64,000 nt of DNA from a virus. Its lineage: Duplodnaviria > Caudoviricetes. The position numbers were made by a program, and so were the translations under genes. The notes under the pieces are model-generated. The model was not told where the DNA came from. It was given only the letters and a program-made list of their open reading frames with translations, and made no database searches. Of the stretch, positions 37,874 through 47,711 are shown in pieces. The stretch is taken from IMG/VR virus record IMGVR_UViG_3300032007_000080, positions 3,210 through 67,209 of that record. The stretch is one strand, 5' to 3'. Every line of letters starts with the position of its first letter. Position 1 is the first letter of the stretch.

Positions 37874-38167
37874 TTAATCTTCGCCTTCTATTTCTTCAAT
37901 ATTATGTGGCATATCTTCCCACTCATTTAATTCATATAAATATTTTAAATATTGTCCATAACTCATTGGAACTAATTGATTTCTTCCATATCTGTCAAAC
38001 CACACTTTTCCCTCTGACACATATAATTCAAATTCCTTATGTGGACCATACACAGCTATGTGGAAATCATCTCCATCAAGCCATTCTAACTTATCTGTTA
38101 TTCTTTCATTTAGGAACTTTTTTAATTCAATAAATTTCATAATTTTGTACCTCTTTTCTTTCTTCAT
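37874..38167 (-). CDS. Hypothetical protein
   Basis: Preceded by a promoter cassette. Confidence 0.6.
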   Translation of the reverse strand: MKKEKRYKIMKFIELKKFLNERITDKLEWLDGDDFHIAVYGPHKEFELYVSEGKVWFDRYGRNQLVPMSYGQYLKYLYELNEWEDMPHNIEEIEGED

Positions 38168-38408
38168 TTAATTTATTTTATATTTATATAGTATCATATT
38201 TTGTTCCTGAAATCAACCATTTTGTTAACTTTCTTGCATTTATTGAGATAATTGCTTCGCAAAATCACATTTCATATAATTTTCATATTATAATTATATT
38301 TTATTGTATCTCCAGGAATCACCAGGTTATCCCAGGTTCTTCCCAAATATTCTCATAATATAATTTTATATATAGATTATACGAGTCATTATTTCATAAA
38401 CCTGGTTC

Positions 38409-38663
38409 CTAGACCCAGTCTTCTATATCTTTACCAATATCAGGCATTATTTCATCTAACTCCTCATCACTATACCCAGTTTCAAACATTAAATCTTCCA
38501 GACACTCTTCGTAATCATCTTTAATTGGAGTAGGACATGTATACCCCACATATCTCTTTGCCTTTTTCTTTCTTAATCTATCAGCCTCTCTTTTTTGTGA
38601 CCATCCCCATTCAGCCATTCCTAGACCAAATCCGAACATTAATCCACTTATTATTTCTAACAT
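38409..38663 (-). CDS. Hypothetical protein with an N-terminal hydrophobic segment
   Basis: GAGGT RBS plus promoter cassette. Confidence 0.6.
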   Translation of the reverse strand: MLEIISGLMFGFGLGMAEWGWSQKREADRLRKKKAKRYVGYTCPTPIKDDYEECLEDLMFETGYSDEELDEIMPDIGKDIEDWV

Positions 38664-38895
38664 ATTGACCTCACCTCTTTAATTTATTTTTAATTTATTT
38701 TATATTTATATAGTATCATAAAAAGTTAATTTTGTCAATAAAAATAGAACAAAGATGTGAAATTTTAGTCCACATCTTCTTCATTTTCGGTTTTATTGTA
38801 TTTTAGTTCTTTAATTTTATATACTGTTTTACATATTATAAGAACGATAATTATAGGTGAACTAAAAAATATTACTAATCCTAAATCTAATAACA

Positions 38896-39144
38896 TTATT
38901 CTTCACCACCCTTATTATCACATACATCCTCATCTGAGTCACCATCCATATCTATAAATGTCATTTTAGTTAAATAGTATTCTTGGTCCATATCTTTTTC
39001 ATAATACATATAACATTTAACAAATATAATTTCATTTAACCAAATATCTATACTATCTCCAGAGTCTTGTTCCACTGAGTGTAAGTGTTTCCACTTAGGA
39101 CTCTCCATAATTTTTGTTCTCATTTTTTCTAATCCTGTTTCCAT
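38896..39144 (-). CDS. Hypothetical protein
   Basis: Coupled ORF. Confidence 0.55.
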   Translation of the reverse strand: METGLEKMRTKIMESPKWKHLHSVEQDSGDSIDIWLNEIIFVKCYMYYEKDMDQEYYLTKMTFIDMDGDSDEDVCDNKGGEE

Positions 39145-39557
39145 AATTCCCTCTCTTTCTCTACACTATCAATTACACTATCAGGTAGTTTTTCTCTTTC
39201 TGGTTGATGGTCATTTATATCTCGTAGCATACTAATTAAATCATATTCGTGTTGTTCTGGCCAATCTATAAATTCCCTATCAACTATTTTCCAATTCTCT
39301 ATTATATAAACTCCATTATCTCCATTATCTTTGTCTAATCTTTCATATTTGTCAATTCCTATTGATAATTCACCACCGAAATAATTACCGATAATTTGAC
39401 ATAATCTAGCCCATCCATAATTATCTCTTTCTGGTGTGCGATAACCTTTTAATTCACAATATTTTAAGAAAGCCTCAACACTATCTCTTCCTCCATTCCA
39501 ATGAAGATATACTCCTATATCTTTACTTCTTGTTGTTATAACAGCTCTATTTCCCAT
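39129..39557 (-). CDS. Hypothetical phage protein
   Basis: MGNRAVIT...GVYLHWNGG motif; GGAGG RBS. Confidence 0.65.
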   Translation of the reverse strand: MGNRAVITTRSKDIGVYLHWNGGRDSVEAFLKYCELKGYRTPERDNYGWARLCQIIGNYFGGELSIGIDKYERLDKDNGDNGVYIIENWKIVDREFIDWPEQHEYDLISMLRDINDHQPEREKLPDSVIDSVEKERELWKQD

Positions 39558-39827
39558 TTCTAATTTCCTCCTTTTCTTGTTCTGTTAATACCTCATCACA
39601 CATTTCACAAAATTCTTGATTAGTATCATTTGTATTAAATATTGCACTACAGTGTATACATTCTTTATTTACCATTTTTAATTTCCTCCATTTCTTTTTT
39701 AACTTTCATAATTTTCTCGTGTAACTCTCTATCATATCTGTAATCTTCTGCACTCCAATGGTCTATCATTTGTACTATAAATTCTTTATGTTCTAATTCT
39801 TCGAGTTCTTTTTCAAGTTTTGCTAAT

Positions 39828-40043
39828 CTACTCATCTTGAACATCTCCTTCCATTATTTTATACCATACTTTCTTTCCATCATCATAAGTTATTATGCCA
39901 TCTTTATATGATATTCTGTCTATATCTTCTCTTATTGTTTTTGTTATTTGGTTATTTATATATTGTTCTGCATTATCTTTATTATGAAATATTTTTGCTT
40001 CAGGTTTTTCTGCTATTTTAACTACTACATACATTATAACCAT
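39828..40043 (-). CDS. Hypothetical protein
   Basis: ORF with RBS. Confidence 0.55.
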   Translation of the reverse strand: MVIMYVVVKIAEKPEAKIFHNKDNAEQYINNQITKTIREDIDRISYKDGIITYDDGKKVWYKIMEGDVQDE

Positions 40044-40234
40044 ACCTCCTCTTGATTAGTTTCATATAATAAATCCATAACCTCATCTTCTGTTAACCCT
40101 AATTCTTCCATTAAAAATTCAATATTCTCGTCCATTTCAATTCTCCTTTCATTTCTTAATTTATTTTATATTTATATAGTATCATACTTTTTCATTATTG
40201 TCAACTAATTATGAAAACTTATAGGAGAGGTATC

Positions 40235-40579
40235 TTAAATTAGGTACCTCATTCTATGTTTTATATAATCATTATGTGCCTTAATATCTTCTTCGTTATT
40301 TGTACACTTATGGTCTTGTGTCATCATTATTTCGTAATCTGGATTTAAGTATATAATTTCATTTGGGTTCCACTGAATAATTATTTCGCCAGTGTTTTTA
40401 TCTATTAATGTGTCCTCAGATAAATAATCGTCAATGGATTCGTACCAAGATAATGGACTTATTGGAGTTTGAATATTTAATGTGTTATTTCTAAATTTTG
40501 ATAGTGTTAAAACGTAGTCTCCTCTCCCTTTCTTCTTTCTTAAATTATAATTCGTATGTGTGTAATCTTGATAATTCAT
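40235..40579 (-). CDS. Hypothetical protein
   Basis: Promoter cassette plus GAGGT RBS. Confidence 0.6.
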   Translation of the reverse strand: MNYQDYTHTNYNLRKKKGRGDYVLTLSKFRNNTLNIQTPISPLSWYESIDDYLSEDTLIDKNTGEIIIQWNPNEIIYLNPDYEIMMTQDHKCTNNEEDIKAHNDYIKHRMRYLI

Positions 40580-40671
40580 AATCGTTACCTCTCTTTCATT
40601 TTTATATTTATTTTATATTTATATAGTATCATATATTTGTATTATTGTCAACCATTTATGAAAACTTGAGG

Positions 40672-40935
40672 CTAATTAAATAACCTCAAGTCAATATCTT
40701 CAAAGACAGAAGTTAATGTCTTATTATTATATGTTGTATATTGAATTATTAGTTTTTCATCACTTATGTGTAGTATTTTATAATATTCATTACTTTTGGC
40801 TATTTCAAATAACATAGAGGCCATCTCGTGAATAATTCTGTTTTTATTTTTTGTTATAAAAGCATAAGCCCTATCAGGATATTCTAACATAATGTCTTGA
40901 TTATCATAAAAAGTTCTTAATCTCATAATCGTCAC
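40672..40935 (-). CDS. Hypothetical protein
   Basis: Promoter cassette plus GAGGTG RBS. Confidence 0.6.
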   Translation of the reverse strand: MTIMRLRTFYDNQDIMLEYPDRAYAFITKNKNRIIHEMASMLFEIAKSNEYYKILHISDEKLIIQYTTYNNKTLTSVFEDIDLRLFN

Positions 40936-41293
40936 CTCTCTTTCATTTTTATATTTATTTTATATTTATATTATATATTATTTTGTTACCAAAGTAAACC
41001 TTTTTGTTTAAATTAGTGTAAATTGTTTGATTTTCTTATATAATATGAAAACACTTGAAAAATGGATTACCAGGTTCTCCATAGAGGACTTTTTATTTCT
41101 TCTTAATATAATATCATATCTCAAAATATCCAGTTTTATCCACCTATTTGTCTTGTAGCCTACATTTGCTGTCACAAAGAGCCTGCATTTACATGCTCGG
41201 AGAAAATTTTAAATTTTGATTTTCAAAAAATAAAAATAAAAAAGAGCTGAAAAAGATTTCCAGCTCTTTAATTACATATTTAACTTTGCAAAA

Positions 41294-41587
41294 TTAAATT
41301 TTATTATTTTCCAAAAAGTATTTCACATCTTCCACAGATTTTGCTATACAGAAATACCCACCAGACTTTTTAATTTGGATACCGTGTGCTATCTGGAGAG
41401 TACTAGCTTCATTATCTCCATCTTTACATTCTATACCAACAAATTTACCATTTATACAACAGATTATATCAGGTATACCAGCTCTCATAAATATCTCGCC
41501 GTGTACCTTAAAACAATATCCACCAATACTCCTAATATAATCTTGGATTTGTTTTTGAACTTTGGTTTCATTTTGTTTCTTATACAT
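41294..41587 (-). CDS. VRR-NUC domain nuclease (Holliday junction resolvase-like)
   Basis: AGIPDIICCINGKFVGIECK...STLQ. Confidence 0.85.
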   Translation of the reverse strand: MYKKQNETKVQKQIQDYIRSIGGYCFKVHGEIFMRAGIPDIICCINGKFVGIECKDGDNEASTLQIAHGIQIKKSGGYFCIAKSVEDVKYFLENNKI

Positions 41588-41590
41588 ATT

Positions 41591-43555
41591 TTATGGCTCC
41601 GTGTATTTATAACAATTAAATTTAGCTCCACCAACACTCATTACTTTCTTTGTCATACTTGCTGGTAAAGTCTTTCCAAAATTTCTGGTAAATGTTTTTG
41701 GCAATTCTGGTTTGATACTCATATCTTCACACCATTTTTTATAGTTAGAATAGATTTCATCAGTTGTTCTACCATCTAAATATCTGCATAATCCTGTAAC
41801 TCCACGATATTCTTCCACCATATATTGGAAAAATGATTGTATTGGGTCTTGATTTTCTGCAATAAAATCTTGTTCTAATTCATCTTGTTTTTCTAATCTA
41901 TGAAGATGTCCTACCTTAACTGCATTTCGATATGCAAAAACCGACGCCGTAAGCAAATATCTTAAATTATTTGCGTCCGCACATATCTTTTGATACAGCA
42001 AAATATCTAATTTGTCTGGGTCTAATTGCATATTGAATGGTACAAATACTAACCTACGTATCATACCTTTTGTTGTATCATTTATTCTTGGGATTTCATT
42101 ACAACACATAACAAATTGAGAATTTGGTTTCCATTTTATAGATTGTTTAAATTTTCTATGAACTTCAATAGAAGAACCTTGTGTTAATGTTTTTAATAAA
42201 CCTGTTTCTTTTAATGTGGTTATTCCAACATCATCTGTTACATTACATACTCCTCCAACAACTTGTTCTAACGCAAACTTATCATTGATACCTAATATAT
42301 TTGCATGTGTCATTTTATCTCCCATAATTCTATCAATTAAATCTAGTAATAAAGACTTACCATTAGCTCCATTACCATACCATATAAAAATTTTACCAAA
42401 TGATTTACTTGGTGACAACATACAACCCACGGATTCGAGTATAACTTTCTTAATATCTGGATTACCGCAACTTATTTCGTCTAAAAATGACACCATTCTA
42501 CCATCAAAACTATCAAATTCTTCTTGTGTCATTATTTCAAAAGGGTAATAAATATCAGTGTAAACTGTTCTCGTATTAGGCTTTATATCGTCTTTCCAAA
42601 AGGATACTAGATTTCTTCCACATAAAACATATTCATCGTTCCTATCATATTGGTATTTAGCCTTATTATCGTTCAACATAACGTTCACTTGATTTATCAC
42701 CTCTTCCATTTGCCATATACTCATATTTTTTGAGGCGTATTTCTGTTGCATATATGCTTTTAATGAATTTTCGTCAGTACTATATCTATCTATTCTATTG
42801 TCATAAAAAGCTAAAAAATCACCTCCAATTATACAGCCCCAATAATTTATTAAATCTTCTGCTTGTTTTATTATTGTTATTTTATCTTCACCTAATTCCA
42901 AATTGTCCCATTCTTCAGGTCTAATAGCAGTATTAAGTTCTTCTTGTTCTAGTGGACTAGTTAATACATAACTATTTATCATATCACACATAACAGTGTA
43001 TTCTTCATAACTAAATCCAGCTTTCTTCGCTTTAATCATTAGTTGGCTATGAAATAAATTATTTCTACCACCAGTTTGGTCTTTTGTTAAATCTTCTTGG
43101 TCTTTCTTTTTCTCTATAACATATAACCATCTTGGTGCGTAATCTAAATCATCTTCACTATCTGTATTGATTAGGACTTCTTCTCTGGTAACACCATCTA
43201 TTCTAATGGACTGATATGATTGTTTTGTTTCTTTTGTTCCACAAGCTTTAACATCACATTTCAAACCAATCCAATTAAACTCTTTTATATGGTCTTTTGC
43301 TTGATTAAGAGTTGTCTTAAACATAAAATGGAGACCTTTTGTTGTTTTTAACATTTTACATTTAAGACTTGATGCCATAATTAGTTTATGTATTATACTA
43401 ATATATGGTTGTTCATCAAAATCAAATACTATGTAGCCAGGAGGTACTATTCTACCATAATCATCTTTAAATGATGGATTTGTTACTTGTTCTAATGTGT
43501 AAGTATTTTTATCTAATCTTTTCTTTCCACTAGTTTTTACATATAAATATTCCAT
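41591..43555 (-). CDS. Primase-helicase, D5/P4 family
   Basis: N-terminal DFDE/KGLH primase motifs, GGRNN PriCT-like segment, SF3 Walker A GNGANGKS. Confidence 0.88.
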   Translation of the reverse strand: MEYLYVKTSGKKRLDKNTYTLEQVTNPSFKDDYGRIVPPGYIVFDFDEQPYISIIHKLIMASSLKCKMLKTTKGLHFMFKTTLNQAKDHIKEFNWIGLKCDVKACGTKETKQSYQSIRIDGVTREEVLINTDSEDDLDYAPRWLYVIEKKKDQEDLTKDQTGGRNNLFHSQLMIKAKKAGFSYEEYTVMCDMINSYVLTSPLEQEELNTAIRPEEWDNLELGEDKITIIKQAEDLINYWGCIIGGDFLAFYDNRIDRYSTDENSLKAYMQQKYASKNMSIWQMEEVINQVNVMLNDNKAKYQYDRNDEYVLCGRNLVSFWKDDIKPNTRTVYTDIYYPFEIMTQEEFDSFDGRMVSFLDEISCGNPDIKKVILESVGCMLSPSKSFGKIFIWYGNGANGKSLLLDLIDRIMGDKMTHANILGINDKFALEQVVGGVCNVTDDVGITTLKETGLLKTLTQGSSIEVHRKFKQSIKWKPNSQFVMCCNEIPRINDTTKGMIRRLVFVPFNMQLDPDKLDILLYQKICADANNLRYLLTASVFAYRNAVKVGHLHRLEKQDELEQDFIAENQDPIQSFFQYMVEEYRGVTGLCRYLDGRTTDEIYSNYKKWCEDMSIKPELPKTFTRNFGKTLPASMTKKVMSVGGAKFNCYKYTEP

Positions 43556-43568
43556 TTAATGACACCTC

Positions 43569-43928
43569 CTATTCTTTTTCCCTCCTAACCAGTATTTTAT
43601 CAAAAGGGTCTTTTATATTTCTTTTCCTAATCGCATTTAACATTGCAACTACTGTACGCATACGTAAACCCCTATGATTTTTTGATGTTTCACTAAAAGC
43701 CATAGTGAACATAGCTTTACTGATACCTAATTCATTTGGAATATCAAAATTATGAAAACCACTAATGTCTAACATACACTTTAATTCATTTAAGTTTACG
43801 TAATCACTTGAGTTTATCAATTCTATATCTTCTTGTGTTAATTCAATTTCTTCATCTGTTAAGTGTAATTTCTTTCGTATTCTAGGTTCTATCGCAAAGA
43901 TGTCCATCCATATTAAATCATTTTCCAT
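43569..43928 (-). CDS. Hypothetical protein (possible HTH)
   Basis: Coupled between the GT genes and primase. Confidence 0.55.
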   Translation of the reverse strand: MENDLIWMDIFAIEPRIRKKLHLTDEEIELTQEDIELINSSDYVNLNELKCMLDISGFHNFDIPNELGISKAMFTMAFSETSKNHRGLRMRTVVAMLNAIRKRNIKDPFDKILVRREKE

Positions 43929-43929
43929 T

Positions 43930-44724
43930 TTAATCTGCCTCCTTCATTAACTGAATATACTGGTCTATCACAGATTTTGTCCATTTGTATATTTCTAATT
44001 GTGGTTCTAAATCATAAACATGCGCATCCATATCTGTTCTAACATTACCCCACAATTCTTTTATACTCCAATACAGATGTTGACCTATTCCTGATGTTTT
44101 CATATCTAGGAACTCTTTAATGCTGTCATAATCGTTCCATTTACCTTCAAATAATGATGGTAACCAATAAATACATAATTCTTTTGGGTACCTCCTCATC
44201 ATAAGGTTTATATATTTTTGTGAATTGAATAAATAACTGTGTCCAATATATCTGTCATCATAATTACATAACATATCTGCAAAAAATCTATCTGCTTCTA
44301 CAGGGTCTGAACACATCATCATACAATTACAAATCATATTTTTATCTTCCCTAGGGTATAATACTGAATAACCTTCTTGTATCATAGTATCCCATAATTC
44401 TGTAAATGGTTTCCAGAATATAATGTCTGTATCAAAATATATACCACCGAATTTATTCAAATACCATAATCTTAAATAATCACTTTGGTGTGCTACATTA
44501 TCTGTTATACTTTCTACGTGTTTTATTAAATCATCTGGTATACGTTCTACTTTAGTTATTGTCCTATCCAAGAAAGATAAATGTAATTCGTGATTTGTAT
44601 ATATTGTGATTTGTTTTTTATTCGCAACCTGCGCTGATGCTATACATATTTCTTCTAAAAATGGCATTGCATCCCAATCTTTTTTGGTTAGCCATATAGT
44701 AAATAAATGGTCTCTAGGTTCCAT
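43930..44724 (-). CDS. Glycosyltransferase, GT32/DXD sugar-binding family (paralog 2)
   Basis: AHQSDYLRLWYLNKFGGIYFDTD. Confidence 0.85.
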   Translation of the reverse strand: MEPRDHLFTIWLTKKDWDAMPFLEEICIASAQVANKKQITIYTNHELHLSFLDRTITKVERIPDDLIKHVESITDNVAHQSDYLRLWYLNKFGGIYFDTDIIFWKPFTELWDTMIQEGYSVLYPREDKNMICNCMMMCSDPVEADRFFADMLCNYDDRYIGHSYLFNSQKYINLMMRRYPKELCIYWLPSLFEGKWNDYDSIKEFLDMKTSGIGQHLYWSIKELWGNVRTDMDAHVYDLEPQLEIYKWTKSVIDQYIQLMKEAD

Positions 44725-45641
44725 TACTTTTCTTCCTTTCTAAATTGGTCTAAATATTGTTCTCCATACAATTTACTTAAAATTGGAGTTAATATTTTAT
44801 CTTTTAACAAATCTCTTGTTTCTGCATTAACCATCAAGTCAATATATTTTTCTACGCAGTCTTTTAAATGTCTACATAACCAAGATGGGTGTTTATCGTC
44901 CATAAATTCTAAATCTAATTTATCACGAGCTTCTCTCCATTTAGGATTTGTATTATATAGATGTATACCATAACCTCTTAATGGACATTCTTCTTCAAAT
45001 AACATATTCAAATCTCCATTTGGACCATCTTCCCAATTTGGAAAGAACATACCTTCTTGTAATGGTAATACTTGAACTATATCTCTGTGTTTTCTATTTA
45101 ATAAATATAAATACTTGATACTGTTAAATGTATATGATGTTTTAACATAATGTTTTCTGTAATTTTCCAACAAATCTTCAAAATACATTTTACCCATATC
45201 TGTTAATCTAGCCATAAATGCATTACATATTCTATTTGTATATTCATAAGCCATCATAACCGACGCATTTGAACCATCTACTAATTCTTCAATAGATGAA
45301 TAACACAATAAATCTGTATCTACATATATTCCACCACGGTCTTTTAATATTGTGTATCTAATATAATCACTTCTTTGTGCAAATCTCATACCTTCCGGTG
45401 TTTCATCAGTTATTATATTTTTAGCCTCATCAAATAAACCTGGGAACTCATCTTCTATTATTCTAACTTCTGTTGTATCTCTTGAAAGTAGATTAAAACA
45501 AAATTTTGGATTATCAGTATATAACACTACTTTAAATGTTGGGTTCATAACTTGCCAAGTAGCTAAACATACTTCATAAATATATGGCATACTAATTGTG
45601 CCTGGTTTACATAACCATATACCAAAAATTTCTCTATTCAT
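44724..45641 (-). CDS. Glycosyltransferase, GT32/DXD sugar-binding family (paralog 1)
   Basis: AQRSDYIRYTILKDRGGIYVDTD. Confidence 0.85.
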   Translation of the reverse strand: MNREIFGIWLCKPGTISMPYIYEVCLATWQVMNPTFKVVLYTDNPKFCFNLLSRDTTEVRIIEDEFPGLFDEAKNIITDETPEGMRFAQRSDYIRYTILKDRGGIYVDTDLLCYSSIEELVDGSNASVMMAYEYTNRICNAFMARLTDMGKMYFEDLLENYRKHYVKTSYTFNSIKYLYLLNRKHRDIVQVLPLQEGMFFPNWEDGPNGDLNMLFEEECPLRGYGIHLYNTNPKWREARDKLDLEFMDDKHPSWLCRHLKDCVEKYIDLMVNAETRDLLKDKILTPILSKLYGEQYLDQFRKEEK

Positions 45642-46162
45642 TATCTAGCACCTCCAATAATCATTTGACTAATAACTTTTTCTTGTTCCATAATTCTCTT
45701 TTGTATATCTTGTTTTATCTCACAAATAATTGGAGATGTATTACCTAATTCAATTTCTCTATCAACATACGCATTAACACTTAAACTATCTCCTAATTTA
45801 ACTATTGCACCAGCTAATGATGGGTTTTCCTTATCTTCTAATTCGTCCCATAATTCAGCTACTGAGCTAGGTAATTCTTCGTGTACATATTTTTTTTCTA
45901 ATTTATCACAAAGTTGTTTTAACTCAGGATTTTCATATTTTACATCGTGAGGTAAATCACTTGTAAATACTTCCCCAATATCGTGTATTATTGCCATAGC
46001 TATTGCTTTATTTCTTGTTTCTTTTAATATATGATATTTTTCTGCTATCTCAAAACAATAATATGCTACACTATAACTATGTTGTGCTAAATCTTCATTT
46101 TTAATTCTGTTTCTATTTGCATATCTAATTATTCCATGCATTCTCATTGGGTCAAATTTCAT
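45641..46162 (-). CDS. HD-domain 5'-deoxynucleotidase (YfbR/DatZ-like)
   Basis: RY...EDLAQHSYSVA...IIHDIGEVFTSDLP...KLGD. Confidence 0.85.
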   Translation of the reverse strand: MKFDPMRMHGIIRYANRNRIKNEDLAQHSYSVAYYCFEIAEKYHILKETRNKAIAMAIIHDIGEVFTSDLPHDVKYENPELKQLCDKLEKKYVHEELPSSVAELWDELEDKENPSLAGAIVKLGDSLSVNAYVDREIELGNTSPIICEIKQDIQKRIMEQEKVISQMIIGGAR

Positions 46163-46173
46163 TAAAATCCCTC

Positions 46174-46623
46174 CTAATCTACTTTGAAATTAAAATATTC
46201 ATCTGCGTTTGGTAATATTCCATTTTCTAAATAATCACTTAATTCGGTCCAATTTTGAATTACATTACCATCACACGCCATAGCTAACATTAAATTAACA
46301 TGCTCACTATCGTGAATTTTATCGTTCCAAAATAGAACTACTGGAATGTTTCTACTTAAAGCATAACCAATTTCAACTGATGTACCAGTATCTCTAAATG
46401 ATATGTTTGCAAATAGATATTTACTATGTTTTATAGCCTCTAAATCAGCTAAAAATACATTATACATATCTTTCTTTGTTGCGTTTTCTGGTAATGTACC
46501 TGCATCTAATCTTGGAGAAAAACATTTTTTACCGTGTAACTTAAACATATCTTCAATTTTTTCTTGCATATTTAATTGGTCATCATTAAAAAATGGACCT
46601 GCTAAATAATAATCATATATCAT
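46174..46623 (-). CDS. Nucleoside 2-deoxyribosyltransferase/nucleotide N-glycosidase family protein
   Basis: YYLAGPFF...FSP...DLEAIK...DTGTSVEIGYA. Confidence 0.85.
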   Translation of the reverse strand: MIYDYYLAGPFFNDDQLNMQEKIEDMFKLHGKKCFSPRLDAGTLPENATKKDMYNVFLADLEAIKHSKYLFANISFRDTGTSVEIGYALSRNIPVVLFWNDKIHDSEHVNLMLAMACDGNVIQNWTELSDYLENGILPNADEYFNFKVD

Positions 46624-46741
46624 ATAAATTTATCTCCTTTCTATTCCAGGATAATCCAGGATAATCCAGGTTCAATTTTATATTTCTATCTATGAAATTA
46701 TATTATAATGATATAAAATCAAACCTGGTCAAACCTAGTAA

Positions 46742-47710
46742 TTATTTGTCTTTTTTATAATAGTCCACAGTTTTTATTCTATTTTTAGCTACTAATGGAC
46801 TTTCACTATCATAAGTAGTTGGTAATTCCTCACCATTCTTTTCTTTTTCTAACCAGCGTTCTATCATTTCCTTTTCACCTAGGAATAATAACTCTGGTTT
46901 CTCTTTGTATATCTTTTCAAGTTCTAATTTCCAACTAGATTTTCTCCAATCATTATGAGCACATTCATCGTGTACATAATTATCTGGTAAACTAAATCTC
47001 TCAAAGTCATTATTATAAGTATGGTCTCTTGTATAAGCTTTCTTATTATCTGCAAATGTTAATAACCAATTCCATAACTTTTTACTTAATGGGTCTTTGA
47101 TTTTTTCAACTTCTTTTTTAAGTTCTAATAACATTAGTCTGTAAATATAGTTTATTTCATCTGCAAAATTATTCTCTGTTCTGCTATTACAACTTCTCAT
47201 AAAATTAAATATTGGAGCATTATAACATATTGATATTGTTTGAGAATGTAAACCAATATATCTACTTTCCATGTATGGTACTTCTGCCTCACACATTTCA
47301 ATATATACTTCTTCTAACATTTTTTGAGCTTTGTCTATTTTTTCCATCCATTTTTTGTTATCATAAATTACTGCTGGTATAACAAAATCTTGTGTTAATG
47401 GTCTTACATCTCCTGATGCACTACAAAAGAAACCACGTTCTCTTGTTAATTGAGCTAAACATATTCTACTGATATTATTTATTTGGAAAGATACTGAAGT
47501 ACCTTCAAATGCATATTTTGGAAACGTTTTACCATTGATTATTTCGTCAACTATTTTAATACATCTAGGGTCTTCTGGATTATATTGGTCAATACCTTCG
47601 TAGAACTCTCCAATATTACCGAACATAACACATTGTCTACCTAAATCTTCTCCAACGAAGTTTAATAATCTAACGTTTATATCTTCATAACCTCTGTGAT
47701 ATTTTGCCAT
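46742..47710 (-). CDS. Divergent ThyX-like (flavin-dependent thymidylate synthase family) protein
   Basis: SFQINNISRICLAQLTRERG resembles the ThyX F.I.GISR..SHQLxRHR motif, but with substitutions. Confidence 0.65.
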   Translation of the reverse strand: MAKYHRGYEDINVRLLNFVGEDLGRQCVMFGNIGEFYEGIDQYNPEDPRCIKIVDEIINGKTFPKYAFEGTSVSFQINNISRICLAQLTRERGFFCSASGDVRPLTQDFVIPAVIYDNKKWMEKIDKAQKMLEEVYIEMCEAEVPYMESRYIGLHSQTISICYNAPIFNFMRSCNSRTENNFADEINYIYRLMLLELKKEVEKIKDPLSKKLWNWLLTFADNKKAYTRDHTYNNDFERFSLPDNYVHDECAHNDWRKSSWKLELEKIYKEKPELLFLGEKEMIERWLEKEKNGEELPTTYDSESPLVAKNRIKTVDYYKKDK

Positions 47711-47711
47711 A

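Noticed and set aside
34430-41000. Repeated intergenic sequences as a CRISPR array
   Set aside because: The repeats are degenerate promoter/leader sequences separated by whole genes, not constant-length spacers; no cas genes
45641-46162. dZ (2-aminoadenine) genome, suggested by the DatZ-like HD enzyme
   Set aside because: No PurZ/adenylosuccinate synthetase homolog in this window; it cannot be excluded for the rest of the genome
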